DNA from: a bacterium
Lineage (GTDB): Bacteria > Acidobacteriota > Blastocatellia > HR10
DNA length: 64,000 bases
Direction: 5' to 3'
Assembly (NCBI GenBank): GCA_041640655.1
Contig: JBEPZV010000002.1
Location: 146,909 to 210,908 of the forward strand
The position numbers and the translations under genes are program-made. Position 1 is the first letter of the stretch. The number at the start of each line of letters is the position of its first letter. The notes under the pieces are model-generated. The model saw only the letters and a program-made list of their open reading frames with translations. It made no database searches and was not told the DNA's origin. Below are positions 21,170 to 30,161 of this stretch, one piece after another.

Positions 21170-23032
21170 TCACTCGCTGCGCTTCGAGATGATGGCCAAG
21201 CCCAATTCCTCCAATTGCGCGGGCGAGACCTCACTCGGAGAATCGAGCATGAGATCGGTGGCGCTAGCCGTCTTCGGGAAAGCGATCACCTCGCGAATGG
21301 ACGTCTCCCCCGCCAGCAGCATGATCAAGCGATCAAAGCCGAGAGCGATCCCCCCATGTGGGGGCGCTCCATATTCGAAGGCGTCCAGCAAGAAGCCGAA
21401 TTTCCGTCGCGCCTCTTCCTCCCCGAGTCCGATCACACGGAAGACACGCTGCTGCACGTCTCGCCGGTGGATCCGAATGGATCCTCCACCAATCTCCACG
21501 CCGTTCAGCACCAGATCATACGCCTTGGCGCGCACCGACGCCGGGTCCGTCTCCAACCGATCCACATCCTCATCGCGCGGAGAGGTGAAGGGATGGTGCA
21601 CGGCGCTCCATCGCTGCTCCGACGCCTCCCATTCGAACATGGGGAAATCAGTGATCCAGACGAATCGGAACTGCCCGCCATCGGCCAAGCCCTCGCGTCG
21701 CGCGATCTCCACCCGCAACAGCCCGAGCGTCTGGTTCACCACGGTACGGGGGCCGGCGGCGATGAGCACGAGATCGCCGCGCTCCGCCCCGACAGCGCGC
21801 GCGAGTGCTTCCAGGCGCGCCGGTCTGAGCGCGGGCGCAGAGGCGATCTCCCCCTCGCCCAGCTTCACCCACGTCAGGCCGGAGAGTCCCGCGCGTCGCG
21901 CGAGGTCCGCTAACTCCTCCAACCGCTTTCGCGAATATTTCGCCCCCCCTCGCACGGCGATCCCCTTGATCACCCCCCCACCGTCGAGCGCCCGCCGATA
22001 GGGCGCGAACTCGACGTCCTGAAGCCAGGGGCTCACATCCACCAACTCCATTCCGAAGCGGAGATCCGGCTTATCCGTCCCATAGCGCTCGATCGCCTCC
22101 GCGAAGGGGAGGCGGGGAAAGGGTCGGACGATCTCTCGCCCCACCAAGAGACACAGCTCCTCGATGAGCGGCTCAATGAGCGCGAAGATCATCTCGGGTG
22201 TGGCGAACGACATCTCCACATCAATCTGCGTGAACTCCGGCTGGCGATCCGCGCGCAGATCCTCGTCGCGAAAGCAGCGCACGATCTGGAAGTACCGATC
22301 GAATCCCGCCACCATCAGGAGCTGTTTGAAGAGCTGCGGTGACTGCGGCAGGGCGTAAAATTTCCCCGGATGCAACCGGCTCGGGACGATGAAGTCGCGC
22401 GCTCCCTCGGGCGTGGACTTGATGAGCATCGGCGTCTCGATCTCCAGAAAGCCATGCCGATCGAAGTACTGGCGCACCGCGAGCGCCGCGCGATGGCGCA
22501 GCAGGAGATTCCGCTGCAAGCGCGGCCGGCGCAGGTCGAGATAACGATACTTCAAGCGCACCTCTTCGGACGGCGGACTTCCCCGCTCGTCCTCAATGGG
22601 GAAGGGCGGCGTCTTCGCCGGGTTGAGGACGATCACCCGCTCGGCGACGACTTCGACTTCCCCGGTCGCGATCTTCGGGTTGACCGTCTCCGGCGCTCGG
22701 CACACGACCGTCCCGATGACGGCGATGACGTACTCGTTGCGCACCTGCTTGGCCACGGCATGCGCCTCCGGCGCCCGCTGCTCATCGCAGACGATCTGCG
22801 TGATCCCGTAGCGATCGCGCAGATCCAGAAACGTCAGCGGGCCGAGATCGCGCCGCCGATGCACCCACCCCATGAGGATGACGCGCGCGCCGGCATGCTC
22901 CGGACGCAATTCGCCACAGGTGTGCGTGCGCACAAGCTCCTGGTCACACTCGCTCGCCCTCATGCCTCGCTCATCCGATCGCGCGACATCCATCAGAGGC
23001 TCATCCCCCTCGTTTGACGTTCCCGCAGTCAA
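21170..23032 (-). CDS. aspS: Aspartyl-tRNA synthetase (start uncertain, possibly 22993)
   Basis: RTHTCGEL, YALPQSPQLFKQ, FRDEDLRADRQPEFTQ, GAPPHGG. Confidence 0.97.
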   Translation of the reverse strand: MTAGTSNEGDEPLMDVARSDERGMRASECDQELVRTHTCGELRPEHAGARVILMGWVHRRRDLGPLTFLDLRDRYGITQIVCDEQRAPEAHAVAKQVRNEYVIAVIGTVVCRAPETVNPKIATGEVEVVAERVIVLNPAKTPPFPIEDERGSPPSEEVRLKYRYLDLRRPRLQRNLLLRHRAALAVRQYFDRHGFLEIETPMLIKSTPEGARDFIVPSRLHPGKFYALPQSPQLFKQLLMVAGFDRYFQIVRCFRDEDLRADRQPEFTQIDVEMSFATPEMIFALIEPLIEELCLLVGREIVRPFPRLPFAEAIERYGTDKPDLRFGMELVDVSPWLQDVEFAPYRRALDGGGVIKGIAVRGGAKYSRKRLEELADLARRAGLSGLTWVKLGEGEIASAPALRPARLEALARAVGAERGDLVLIAAGPRTVVNQTLGLLRVEIARREGLADGGQFRFVWITDFPMFEWEASEQRWSAVHHPFTSPRDEDVDRLETDPASVRAKAYDLVLNGVEIGGGSIRIHRRDVQQRVFRVIGLGEEEARRKFGFLLDAFEYGAPPHGGIALGFDRLIMLLAGETSIREVIAFPKTASATDLMLDSPSEVSPAQLEELGLAIISKRSE

Positions 23033-24306
23033 CGGGACGCGCTCGCCGATGATGCGCGCGAGGCCACGAGCTTCTGCACGAGCGCGTCCTCCGAGAGCGC
23101 TTCCTGTGCGCCGGTCCGCATATCGCGAAGCGTATAGCGCCCGGCCGCCAACTCATCCTCGCCGATCAGCACCGCGTACCGCGCCCGCACGCGATCGGCT
23201 TGCGCCATGAGTCGCCGCAGCCTCCGCTCCTCAAAATCGTAGAGCACGATGAGACCCTCGCGGCGCAGCCGCCGGGCCAAGCGAAAGGCGTGTTGGCGCG
23301 CCGCCTCCCCCAGATAAGCGATGTAAAGGTCCGGCGCCTCATCGGCGACCGCCGCCTCCTCGGGCAGAGCCAGCAGAAGTCGCTCCACACCCAGCGCGAA
23401 TCCGATCCCCTTAGCCGGCGGTCCGCCGAGCAATTCCGAGAGCCCATCGTAGCGCCCGCCACCAGCGATGGCATTCTGCGCCCCCAGTCGCGCGCCGGTG
23501 ATCTCGAACGCCGTGCGCGTGTAGTAATCAAGCCCGCGCACAAGTCGGGGCGAGATCCGATAGGCGATCCCCCGAGCGTCCAGATGCCGCCGCAAGGTCT
23601 CGAAATGCGCCGCACACGCCGAGCACAGGTGATCCACCAACGCTGGCGCCCGCTCGATGAACGGTTGATCGCCCTCCACCTTGCAATCCAGAATCCGCAG
23701 CGGGTTCGTCTCATACCGCCGCCGGCAGTTCTCGCACATGCGCGGGATCGCATCGGCCAGCGCCGCCTTCAAGCGTCGCACATATGCCGGACGACACTGC
23801 GTGCATCCGACGGAATTCAAGAAGAGCGCGCGCTCTCGAACCCCCAGGCGTTCCAGATACTCCTCGACCATCTCGATCAGCTCGGCATCAATGGCCGGAT
23901 CATCCGTTTGCCCGATGGCCTCCGCGCCGATCTGATGAAACTGCCGGAAGCGCCCCTTCTGCGGCCGCTCATATCGAAAGTGCGGCCCGATATAGAAGAG
24001 CTTCACCACGCTCCCCCACGTCCACATCTTGTGCTGAATGTAGGCGCGGACGACCGAGGCCGTGCTCTCCGGGCGCAGGCTCAAACTCTCGCCGCTGCGA
24101 TCCGTGAATGTGTACATCTCCTTGGCGACGATGTCCGTCTCCTCACCCACACTGCGGGCGAACAGCTCCGTGCGCTCGAAGATCGGGGTTCGAATCTCAC
24201 GATACCCATAGCACCGGAAGACAGCGCGCGCCGTCTCCTCCACCAACCGCCAGCGCGGCAGCTCATCGGGCAAGATGTCGAAAGTCCCCCGTACCGTTTG
24301 GATCAT
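23029..24306 (-). CDS. hisS: Histidyl-tRNA synthetase
   Basis: LRPESTA, FRYERPQKGRFRQF, LVRGLDYY, GGGRYDGL. Confidence 0.97.
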   Translation of the reverse strand: MIQTVRGTFDILPDELPRWRLVEETARAVFRCYGYREIRTPIFERTELFARSVGEETDIVAKEMYTFTDRSGESLSLRPESTASVVRAYIQHKMWTWGSVVKLFYIGPHFRYERPQKGRFRQFHQIGAEAIGQTDDPAIDAELIEMVEEYLERLGVRERALFLNSVGCTQCRPAYVRRLKAALADAIPRMCENCRRRYETNPLRILDCKVEGDQPFIERAPALVDHLCSACAAHFETLRRHLDARGIAYRISPRLVRGLDYYTRTAFEITGARLGAQNAIAGGGRYDGLSELLGGPPAKGIGFALGVERLLLALPEEAAVADEAPDLYIAYLGEAARQHAFRLARRLRREGLIVLYDFEERRLRRLMAQADRVRARYAVLIGEDELAAGRYTLRDMRTGAQEALSEDALVQKLVASRASSASASR

Positions 24307-24830
24307 CGCCCCGATCGCATCCGCTCCGCGAGATAGTGGTCCTTCAGCTCACAATAGCCTCGCCACCCTCCCTCGATCCGACGCCATTCCTCCTCGGTCA
24401 GCGCGCGCACGACGCGCGCCGGAACGCCCGCCACAAGCGATCCCGGAGGCACCACCGTCCCCTCGCGAACCACGGCACCGGCAGCGATGAGCGATCGTTC
24501 GCCGATGACGACGCCGTCCAAGAGAATGGCCCCCATCCCGATCAGACATTCATTCCCCACCGTGCATCCATGCACGATCGCGCGATGCCCGACCGTGACG
24601 CGATCGCCGATGAGCGCGGGAAACCGACCACCGGTCACATGCACCACGGCTCCATCCTGGATGTTCGTATAGCTCCCAATGCGGATGAAGTGCACGTCCC
24701 CCCGCACCACCGCGTGAAACCAGATCGAAGAATGCTCCCCGATCTCCACATCCCCGATGACCGCCGCGCTCTCTTCCACAAAGGCCGTCTCGGCGATCTT
24801 GGGCCACGTCCCGCGAAACGGTAGAATCAT
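24303..24830 (-). CDS. Gamma carbonic anhydrase family protein (hexapeptide repeats)
   Basis: VRGDV, NIQDGAVVH, VTVGHRAIVHGC. Confidence 0.92.
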   Translation of the reverse strand: MILPFRGTWPKIAETAFVEESAAVIGDVEIGEHSSIWFHAVVRGDVHFIRIGSYTNIQDGAVVHVTGGRFPALIGDRVTVGHRAIVHGCTVGNECLIGMGAILLDGVVIGERSLIAAGAVVREGTVVPPGSLVAGVPARVVRALTEEEWRRIEGGWRGYCELKDHYLAERMRSGR

Positions 24831-24961
24831 CGTCCACCCCTCATGCGATGCCTCACTTCATCCTGGAACCCGTAAGGCTACCACATGACTTCTTCACCTG
24901 GCAAGAAATGGCGAAGACAGGGGACCTTCCGCCGATCACCACATGGTCGAAGAGTCACCCC

Positions 24962-25453
24962 TTATCGCCGTCCAAAGGTGAAGACGATGCCGACTGAGAG
25001 TCGCGCGTTATTTTGCGTCTCGCCGCCGAAGCGTGTGAAGAGATAGTCGGCCTGCAGCAGTCGAAGCGTGAAGCGCTCATTCAATGGCACATCCACACCG
25101 CCGCCAAAGACCATCCCGAAGGCGGAGAGCGCTCCGCCATCCCCCAACCGCGCTCCGCCGAACAGAAAATGCGTGAAGGCCGTGACCGTATTGCGCGCGG
25201 CGAATCGAGGCCCCACCGTGTACGCATGGAGGGAGAGGCCCGACCGATAATGACCGCTCACATCGGCGGCAATCCCCAACCAGGAATTCACGTTCCCCAC
25301 AATCGAGACATTCCATCCGTGGGAATTGATGGCGTCCGCCAGCCGAGCGTACGAATAGCCAGCGAAGACCTCAACACGAGGGACCTCCTGAGCACCCCCC
25401 TGCTTCACTCCGCACAGGATGAGGCCGAGAACGATACCCAACCTTCTCCGCAT
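24962..25453 (-). CDS. Outer-membrane beta-barrel protein (about 8 strands)
   Basis: Signal peptide, EVFAGYSY, GGGVD, RLSVGIVF; SD GAGGAGG before ATG 25453. Confidence 0.75.
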   Translation of the reverse strand: MRRRLGIVLGLILCGVKQGGAQEVPRVEVFAGYSYARLADAINSHGWNVSIVGNVNSWLGIAADVSGHYRSGLSLHAYTVGPRFAARNTVTAFTHFLFGGARLGDGGALSAFGMVFGGGVDVPLNERFTLRLLQADYLFTRFGGETQNNARLSVGIVFTFGRR

Positions 25454-25470
25454 GTCTCCCCTCCTCGCCT

Positions 25471-26193
25471 CTATCGAAGGGTCCCCTCGCCCATCATCAG
25501 GCGCCATTCGCTCGATGAGACGGCGCCGCGGAGGGCGCCGTCGGCTGCGCCAACGCCTTTTGGTGAGAGGCTCTCGCCTGACCGACTGCACGCTCGAACG
25601 TCCGCGTCCACGCTGCGAGATGTCGCCGCAGCCTCCGCGTCACGGCGCGCGTAAAAACTCAAGACATTCTCCCCCTGTCGAAGCTGCCGCACGCGCTCGA
25701 ACTCACCGTAATGCGTTGCTAAGGCGCGCTTGGCATGATGCATGACGATGAGTATGCCCTCTGGCGCAAGCACCGAGGGCGTGCGCGCCAGACGCTCCAA
25801 CACGGCCTCGTAGAGCTCCGAGGCATACGGGGGATCGAAGAAGATCACGTCAAACGCCTCCCCCCGTCTCCCAAGCTGCTCCAAGGCGCGAGCCGCATCT
25901 TGCTGGAGGATCTCGATGCCCTCGCGAATCCCACAGGCGGCGAGATTTTGCCGAAGCTGTGCGATGACGATCCGCGAGCGCTCAACGAAGGTGACATGTC
26001 GAGCCCCACGGCTGAGCGCTTCAATCCCCACGGCTCCCGTTCCAGCACAGAGATCCAGAACGCGCGCCCCGATCAATCGCGGTCGCAAGACGTTGAAGAG
26101 CGCTTCCTTCAAACGATCGGGAATCGGACGGACCGCTCGCCCCGAGAGCCCCTTCAACCGCCGCCCCCTGTATATCCCCGCGATCACACGCAC
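25471..26193 (-). CDS. rsmD: 16S rRNA m2G966 methyltransferase RsmD
   Basis: MRVIAG..RGRRL, LDLCAGTG, EALSRGA, FFDPPY. Confidence 0.93.
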   Translation of the reverse strand: MRVIAGIYRGRRLKGLSGRAVRPIPDRLKEALFNVLRPRLIGARVLDLCAGTGAVGIEALSRGARHVTFVERSRIVIAQLRQNLAACGIREGIEILQQDAARALEQLGRRGEAFDVIFFDPPYASELYEAVLERLARTPSVLAPEGILIVMHHAKRALATHYGEFERVRQLRQGENVLSFYARRDAEAAATSRSVDADVRACSRSGESLSPKGVGAADGALRGAVSSSEWRLMMGEGTLR

Positions 26194-26242
26194 GGAATCA
26201 TCTTAATCGTGTCGCCCCGGAGGAGGCAATCAGCGATTGGTG

Positions 26243-26287
26243 AAAAAGAAAACCCCACCTCCCTCCGCAGGAGGGACCGGTGGGGAT
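26243..26287 (-). terminator. Rho-independent terminator of the micropeptide unit
   Basis: Minus strand CCCCACC-ggt-CCCTCC-tgc-GGAGGG-a-GGTGGGG followed by TTTTCTTTTT. Confidence 0.8.
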
Positions 26288-26318
26288 TCGGAATACAGAA
26301 GGCTCCTCCAGCTGCTCG

Positions 26319-26426
26319 CTACGGCCCCGAGGACACGCCAAGCAGCAGGAACACAAAGAGGAACAGCACCAAAAAGATCACAAGCACCAACAGGGTCGTC
26401 GTATCCATCTGACCTCTCTCGCGCAT
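26319..26426 (-). CDS. 35-aa hydrophobic micropeptide B with class III signal-like N-terminus: MRERGQMDTTTLLVLVIFLVLFLFVFLLLGVSSGP
   Basis: Hand translation; SD GGGAGGAG before ATG 26426; TAG at 26321-26319; paralog of the upstream peptide. Confidence 0.8.
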   Translation of the reverse strand: MRERGQMDTTTLLVLVIFLVLFLFVFLLLGVSSGP

Positions 26427-26513
26427 CGTCTACTCCTCCCAATAAGATGAGGCCGATACATCCCCTGCGTCTCGCTAGCGCGATGCCACAGGGGATCTCT
26501 GCTCAGAAGGCGC

Positions 26514-26624
26514 TTAGCCTCCGCCGCCGCCTCCTCCAAGCAGCAGGAACAGGAACAGGAACAAGATCACAAACGCCATCACGAGCACGAGCGTGAGCGT
26601 ATCGAGTTGTCCTCTTTCGCGCAT
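26514..26624 (-). CDS. 36-aa hydrophobic micropeptide A with class III signal-like N-terminus: MRERGQLDTLTLVLVMAFVILFLFLFLLLGGGGGGG
   Basis: Hand translation; SD AAAGGAGAGG before ATG 26624; TAA at 26516-26514. Confidence 0.8.
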   Translation of the reverse strand: MRERGQLDTLTLVLVMAFVILFLFLFLLLGGGGGGG

Positions 26625-26666
26625 ATCGCCTCTCCTTTGCAAGATCGAGATTCAACATCGGTCCGG

Positions 26667-26695
26667 AGTATACAGAGAGTCCCTGGCATTGTCAA
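26667..26695 (-). promoter_or_regulatory. Near-consensus sigma-70 promoter of the micropeptide unit
   Basis: TTGACA (26695-26690) - 17 nt - TATACT (26672-26667). Confidence 0.8.
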
Positions 26696-26783
26696 GGAAA
26701 AAATCGTATGCGCTTTTTCTCGTCGGAGAAGATGGGGCAGCTCGTGGGCTCCCACACGACCTTTGGGGCTCCACCGCAATGGT

Positions 26784-26792
26784 TGCTATAAT
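26784..26792 (+). promoter_or_regulatory. Extended -10 element for rlmN
   Basis: TGcTATAAT ending 8 nt before the GTG start at 26801. Confidence 0.55.
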
Positions 26793-26800
26793 GCGGTGAT

Positions 26801-27898
26801 GTGAGGGAGACGCTTCTTGGACGAACGCGAGGCGAGCTGAAAGAGCTCCTCAAGGCGCGCGATCCGAAGCCGTACCGGGCGCACCAGCTCTTCGAGGCGC
26901 TCTATCGGCGGCGCATCACGGAGCTGCAGGCGGCGACTGATCTGCCCGCATCGCTTCGGGCGGCGCTCAGCGAGGCATTCGTCATCACCGACGTCGAGAT
27001 CGCCGACGTCTTTCGCGCGAGCGATGGGACGCGACGCTACGTGCTGCGCCTGCGGGATGGGGTGCTCGTCGAGTCGGTGTGGCTTCCCGAACCCTATGCC
27101 GATACGATCTGCCTCTCGACGCAGGCTGGCTGCCCCTTGGCCTGTGCCTTCTGCATGACGGCTCGGCTGGGCTTGAGGCGAAATCTGGAAGCTGGAGAGA
27201 TCGTGGCTCAAGTGTGGCTCATCCTCAACGACATCTACGGTCCGGGGGTGAGGCCGGAGCGGGGTGTCAATCTCGTCCTCATGGGGATGGGCGAGCCGCT
27301 CCTGAATTACGAGAACGTTTTGAAAGCGATCCGACTCTTCTGCGAACCTCGAGGGATGAACATCTCCCAACGGCGGATCACCCTCTCGACGGCGGGCGTC
27401 GTCCCGGGGATTCGGCGCCTCGCGCACGAACCCATCCGCCCGGAACTGGCCATCTCGCTCTCGGCCACGACGAACGCGCTGCGCGATCGGCTCATGCCGA
27501 TCAATCGGCGATGGCCGCTCGAAGAGCTCCAGGCCGCATGTCGCGAGTATCCGCTCCGACGGAACGAATGGATCTCCTTCGAATACGTGATGCTCGACGA
27601 CGTCAACGATCGTGAGGAGGATGCCCGGCGGCTCGTTCGCTGGCTCCGCGGGATTCGCGCGAAGGTGAATCTGATCCCGCACAATCCGGCTCCCGAGCTG
27701 CCCTTCGCCGCCTCGCCAGAGGAGCGCATACTGCGGTTCCAACACATCCTGCGCGCTGCCGGGATCCCGACATTCATCCGTCACCCTCGAGGCCGCGAGA
27801 TCGCCGCCGCGTGTGGACAGCTCGCCGCCCGGCGACGAGAGGACCTCATGATGCTTCTCGCGTCGTCGCCCCCTCGCGATGTCGCAGCTCGCGAATGA
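26801..27898 (+). CDS. rlmN: Dual-specificity RNA methyltransferase RlmN (radical SAM)
   Basis: CLSTQAGCPLACAFC, MGMGEP, NLIPHN, AACGQL. Confidence 0.95.
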   Translation: MRETLLGRTRGELKELLKARDPKPYRAHQLFEALYRRRITELQAATDLPASLRAALSEAFVITDVEIADVFRASDGTRRYVLRLRDGVLVESVWLPEPYADTICLSTQAGCPLACAFCMTARLGLRRNLEAGEIVAQVWLILNDIYGPGVRPERGVNLVLMGMGEPLLNYENVLKAIRLFCEPRGMNISQRRITLSTAGVVPGIRRLAHEPIRPELAISLSATTNALRDRLMPINRRWPLEELQAACREYPLRRNEWISFEYVMLDDVNDREEDARRLVRWLRGIRAKVNLIPHNPAPELPFAASPEERILRFQHILRAAGIPTFIRHPRGREIAAACGQLAARRREDLMMLLASSPPRDVAARE

Positions 27899-29276
27899 GC
27901 TTCTCGTGAATCCCTCCGAAATCTCCATTGGAGAAGACGACGACGACATCCCCAGAGGTGAGTCGCGAACTGAGGTGCCGGACGATCTCCTCAACGGAGG
28001 AGAAGGCGTGAGCCGAACGCCCCCGCTCTCGAAGCGCGCGCGCCAGCTCCGGCGGAGAGAGCCGCGCGTCTTCCGGGACCACTTCGGGGCGAAACACCGG
28101 GCCGATGAGGGCGACATCGGCCAAGAGCAAGGCGTCCTCAAAGGCTCGTTGCATGATCCGAAGGCGCGAGGTCCGCGATCGCGGCTCGAAGACGGCGATG
28201 AGCCGCCGATCGGGATATCGCTGCCGAAGCGCCTCCAGCGTGACGCGCACGGCCGTCGGATGATGCGCGAAGTCGTCAATGAGGGTGATCCCGGCGACCT
28301 CCGCCTTCACCTCCATGCGACGTCGGACGCTGCGGAAGCTGGCCAGAGCGCGAGCGAGCGCTTCGCGTTCGACGCCGAGCAACGTGGCCGCCGCGATGAC
28401 GGCCAGACAATTGCGCACATTGAATATGCCGATCAGCGGCGTGACGAATTCGCCCAGCGAGCGATCGCCATGCCGCACCTCGAACCGGGTGCCGCGCTCA
28501 TCCTGGCGGATGCCCACGGCGCGCCATTCGGCCTCCGGCGTCGTGCCAAACGAATGGACCGGACACCAGGCGCCAGCCACGACCTCGCGCACGACCGGGG
28601 AATCGAAATCGGCGATCACGCGCCCGCGCCGCGGGATGATGTTGATCAATCGCCGAAAGGCCGTCTTCACCGCCTCCAGATCCGCATAGATGTCCGCGTG
28701 ATCGAACTCGATGGCGTTCAGGATCACGGTATCCGGCAAATAATGCAGGAACTTCGGTCCTTTGTCGAAGAACGCCGTATCGTACTCGTCCCCCTCGATG
28801 ACGAAGTGAGCGCTCTCGGTCCAGCGGAAATTCGTCTCGAAATTCTCGGCGATGCCGCCGATGAGGAAACTCGGGCGCAACCCGCCCTGTTCGAGCGCCC
28901 ACGCCATGAGCGAAGTCGTCGTCGTCTTGCCATGCGTTCCGGCGATCACCACCGAATGCCGACCGCGAATGAACTCCTCCTTGAGGACCTCAGGCAGAGA
29001 GACATAGTGCAACTTCGCATCGAGCACATATTCGATCTCCGGATTCCCGCGTGAGAGGGCATTGCCAATGACGACGCGATCCGGATGGGGCTGCAGATGC
29101 TCCGGCCGGTATCCCCGGAAGACGGGGATCTCCAAGCGCTCGAGCAACTCCGACATCGGCGGGTAGATGTCCTGATCTGATCCCGTGACCCGATATCCCT
29201 TGGCCAGCAGGAGTCCGGCCAAGCCCGCCATCGCCGTCCCGCCAATCCCGATCAGGTGATAGTGGCGCGCGCGCAT
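27846..29276 (-). CDS. mpl: Murein peptide ligase Mpl (MurC-like)
   Basis: GIGGTAM, IGNALSRGNP, AGTHGKTTT, EGDEYDTAFFDK, DDFAHHPTA, FEPRS. Confidence 0.9.
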   Translation of the reverse strand: MRARHYHLIGIGGTAMAGLAGLLLAKGYRVTGSDQDIYPPMSELLERLEIPVFRGYRPEHLQPHPDRVVIGNALSRGNPEIEYVLDAKLHYVSLPEVLKEEFIRGRHSVVIAGTHGKTTTTSLMAWALEQGGLRPSFLIGGIAENFETNFRWTESAHFVIEGDEYDTAFFDKGPKFLHYLPDTVILNAIEFDHADIYADLEAVKTAFRRLINIIPRRGRVIADFDSPVVREVVAGAWCPVHSFGTTPEAEWRAVGIRQDERGTRFEVRHGDRSLGEFVTPLIGIFNVRNCLAVIAAATLLGVEREALARALASFRSVRRRMEVKAEVAGITLIDDFAHHPTAVRVTLEALRQRYPDRRLIAVFEPRSRTSRLRIMQRAFEDALLLADVALIGPVFRPEVVPEDARLSPPELARALRERGRSAHAFSSVEEIVRHLSSRLTSGDVVVVFSNGDFGGIHEKLIRELRHREGATTREAS

Positions 29277-29332
29277 AGGGCCTCAATGCTACTGTCCGCC
29301 CGCCGATCCGTCAACGGATGACGCGATCCCCC

Positions 29333-29764
29333 TCACTCCGGCTCCACGCAGAGGAAGGCTTCGAGCGTCTTCAGCTTTCGCGCGCCCACGCCGCGCAGGA
29401 CCAGCAGCTCCTCCACGCGATGGAACGGGCCGTGTCGTTCTCGATAGCGCACGATCTCCTGCGCCAGGACAGGGCCGATGCCCCGAATGGCCTGCAGCTC
29501 CGCCAGCGTCGCCCGATTCAGGTTCACCCTCCCGGGCGAACACACCCACTCGACGGATGGTCGCTGCTCACGGATCGCGCGCTCTTCCCTCCACCGGCGA
29601 AAGCGCGCGAGCGCGAACACAAGCACGGCGAGGAGCACCACCGCGCTGGCGCCTCTGAGGCCGCGCGCGAGCGATTCGCGCCACTCGGTCTCCCTGATCT
29701 TCCGGCGCGCACGTCGAGCGACAGCGGCGATGATGCCCCACGCATTCCCGATAGAGCGCCTCAT
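29333..29764 (-). CDS. comEA: ComEA-family helix-hairpin-helix DNA-binding protein
   Basis: TM helix followed by VNLNRATLAELQAIRGIGPVLAQEIVRYRERHGPF..VRGVG-like HhH pair; start uncertain. Confidence 0.85.
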   Translation of the reverse strand: MRRSIGNAWGIIAAVARRARRKIRETEWRESLARGLRGASAVVLLAVLVFALARFRRWREERAIREQRPSVEWVCSPGRVNLNRATLAELQAIRGIGPVLAQEIVRYRERHGPFHRVEELLVLRGVGARKLKTLEAFLCVEPE

Positions 29765-30036
29765 AATGCGCGCGCCCTTCCCGCGAAGGGGTTCACCGAG
29801 TCGGAAGTCCGCCGAAGCTGTCGCCGGACATCGGGACGCTCGACGATCCGGCGGAGCGGAGCCGTGATATCGCGCACGCCCCCGCGCTCGAAGAGCTCCT
29901 TGTTGTGACCGAGCTTGAGGCGTTCCATCCGCCCCCCGCACGCGCAGACGACCGAGCATTTGGCCGCGAGGGCCAGAGTCTCGATCCCGCCGATCCCTTC
30001 GAGGGAGAAGCGATGAACGACTACTGCGATCCTCAC
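29761..30036 (-). pseudogene. Internally deleted GT4 glycosyltransferase remnant (91 codons)
   Basis: The N-terminus MRIAVVVHRFSLEGIGGIE resembles a GT4 start and is joined directly to ALAAKCSVVCACGGRMERLKLGHNKELFERGG, which resembles a GT4 C-terminal segment. Confidence 0.5.
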
Positions 30037-30089
30037 GCCTCCTCATGTTAGCACACGCACGCGGCGCACGATGAGGCGAAGACCATGCT

Positions 30090-30119
30090 TTGACAAGCAC
30101 ACGCCTCCCCCGTTAAACT
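30090..30119 (+). promoter_or_regulatory. Putative promoter for the C26 hydrolase-MFS genes
   Basis: TTGACA - 18 nt - TAAACT. Confidence 0.55.
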
Positions 30120-30161
30120 GAAGGACTTTCGCGCGAGCGCCCTTTCAGTGGAGAGGGGGAT

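Noticed and set aside
26230..26799. ORF-track entries 26230..26442, 26237..26596, 26579..26779, 26593..26799
   Set aside because: Alternative frames over the two SD-supported micropeptides, their promoter and terminator.
26319..27898. Micropeptides as RiPP precursors modified by the adjacent radical SAM enzyme
   Set aside because: The enzyme has the RlmN signatures (MGMGEP, AACGQL), is divergently transcribed and lacks SPASM/RRE features; adjacency is probably incidental.
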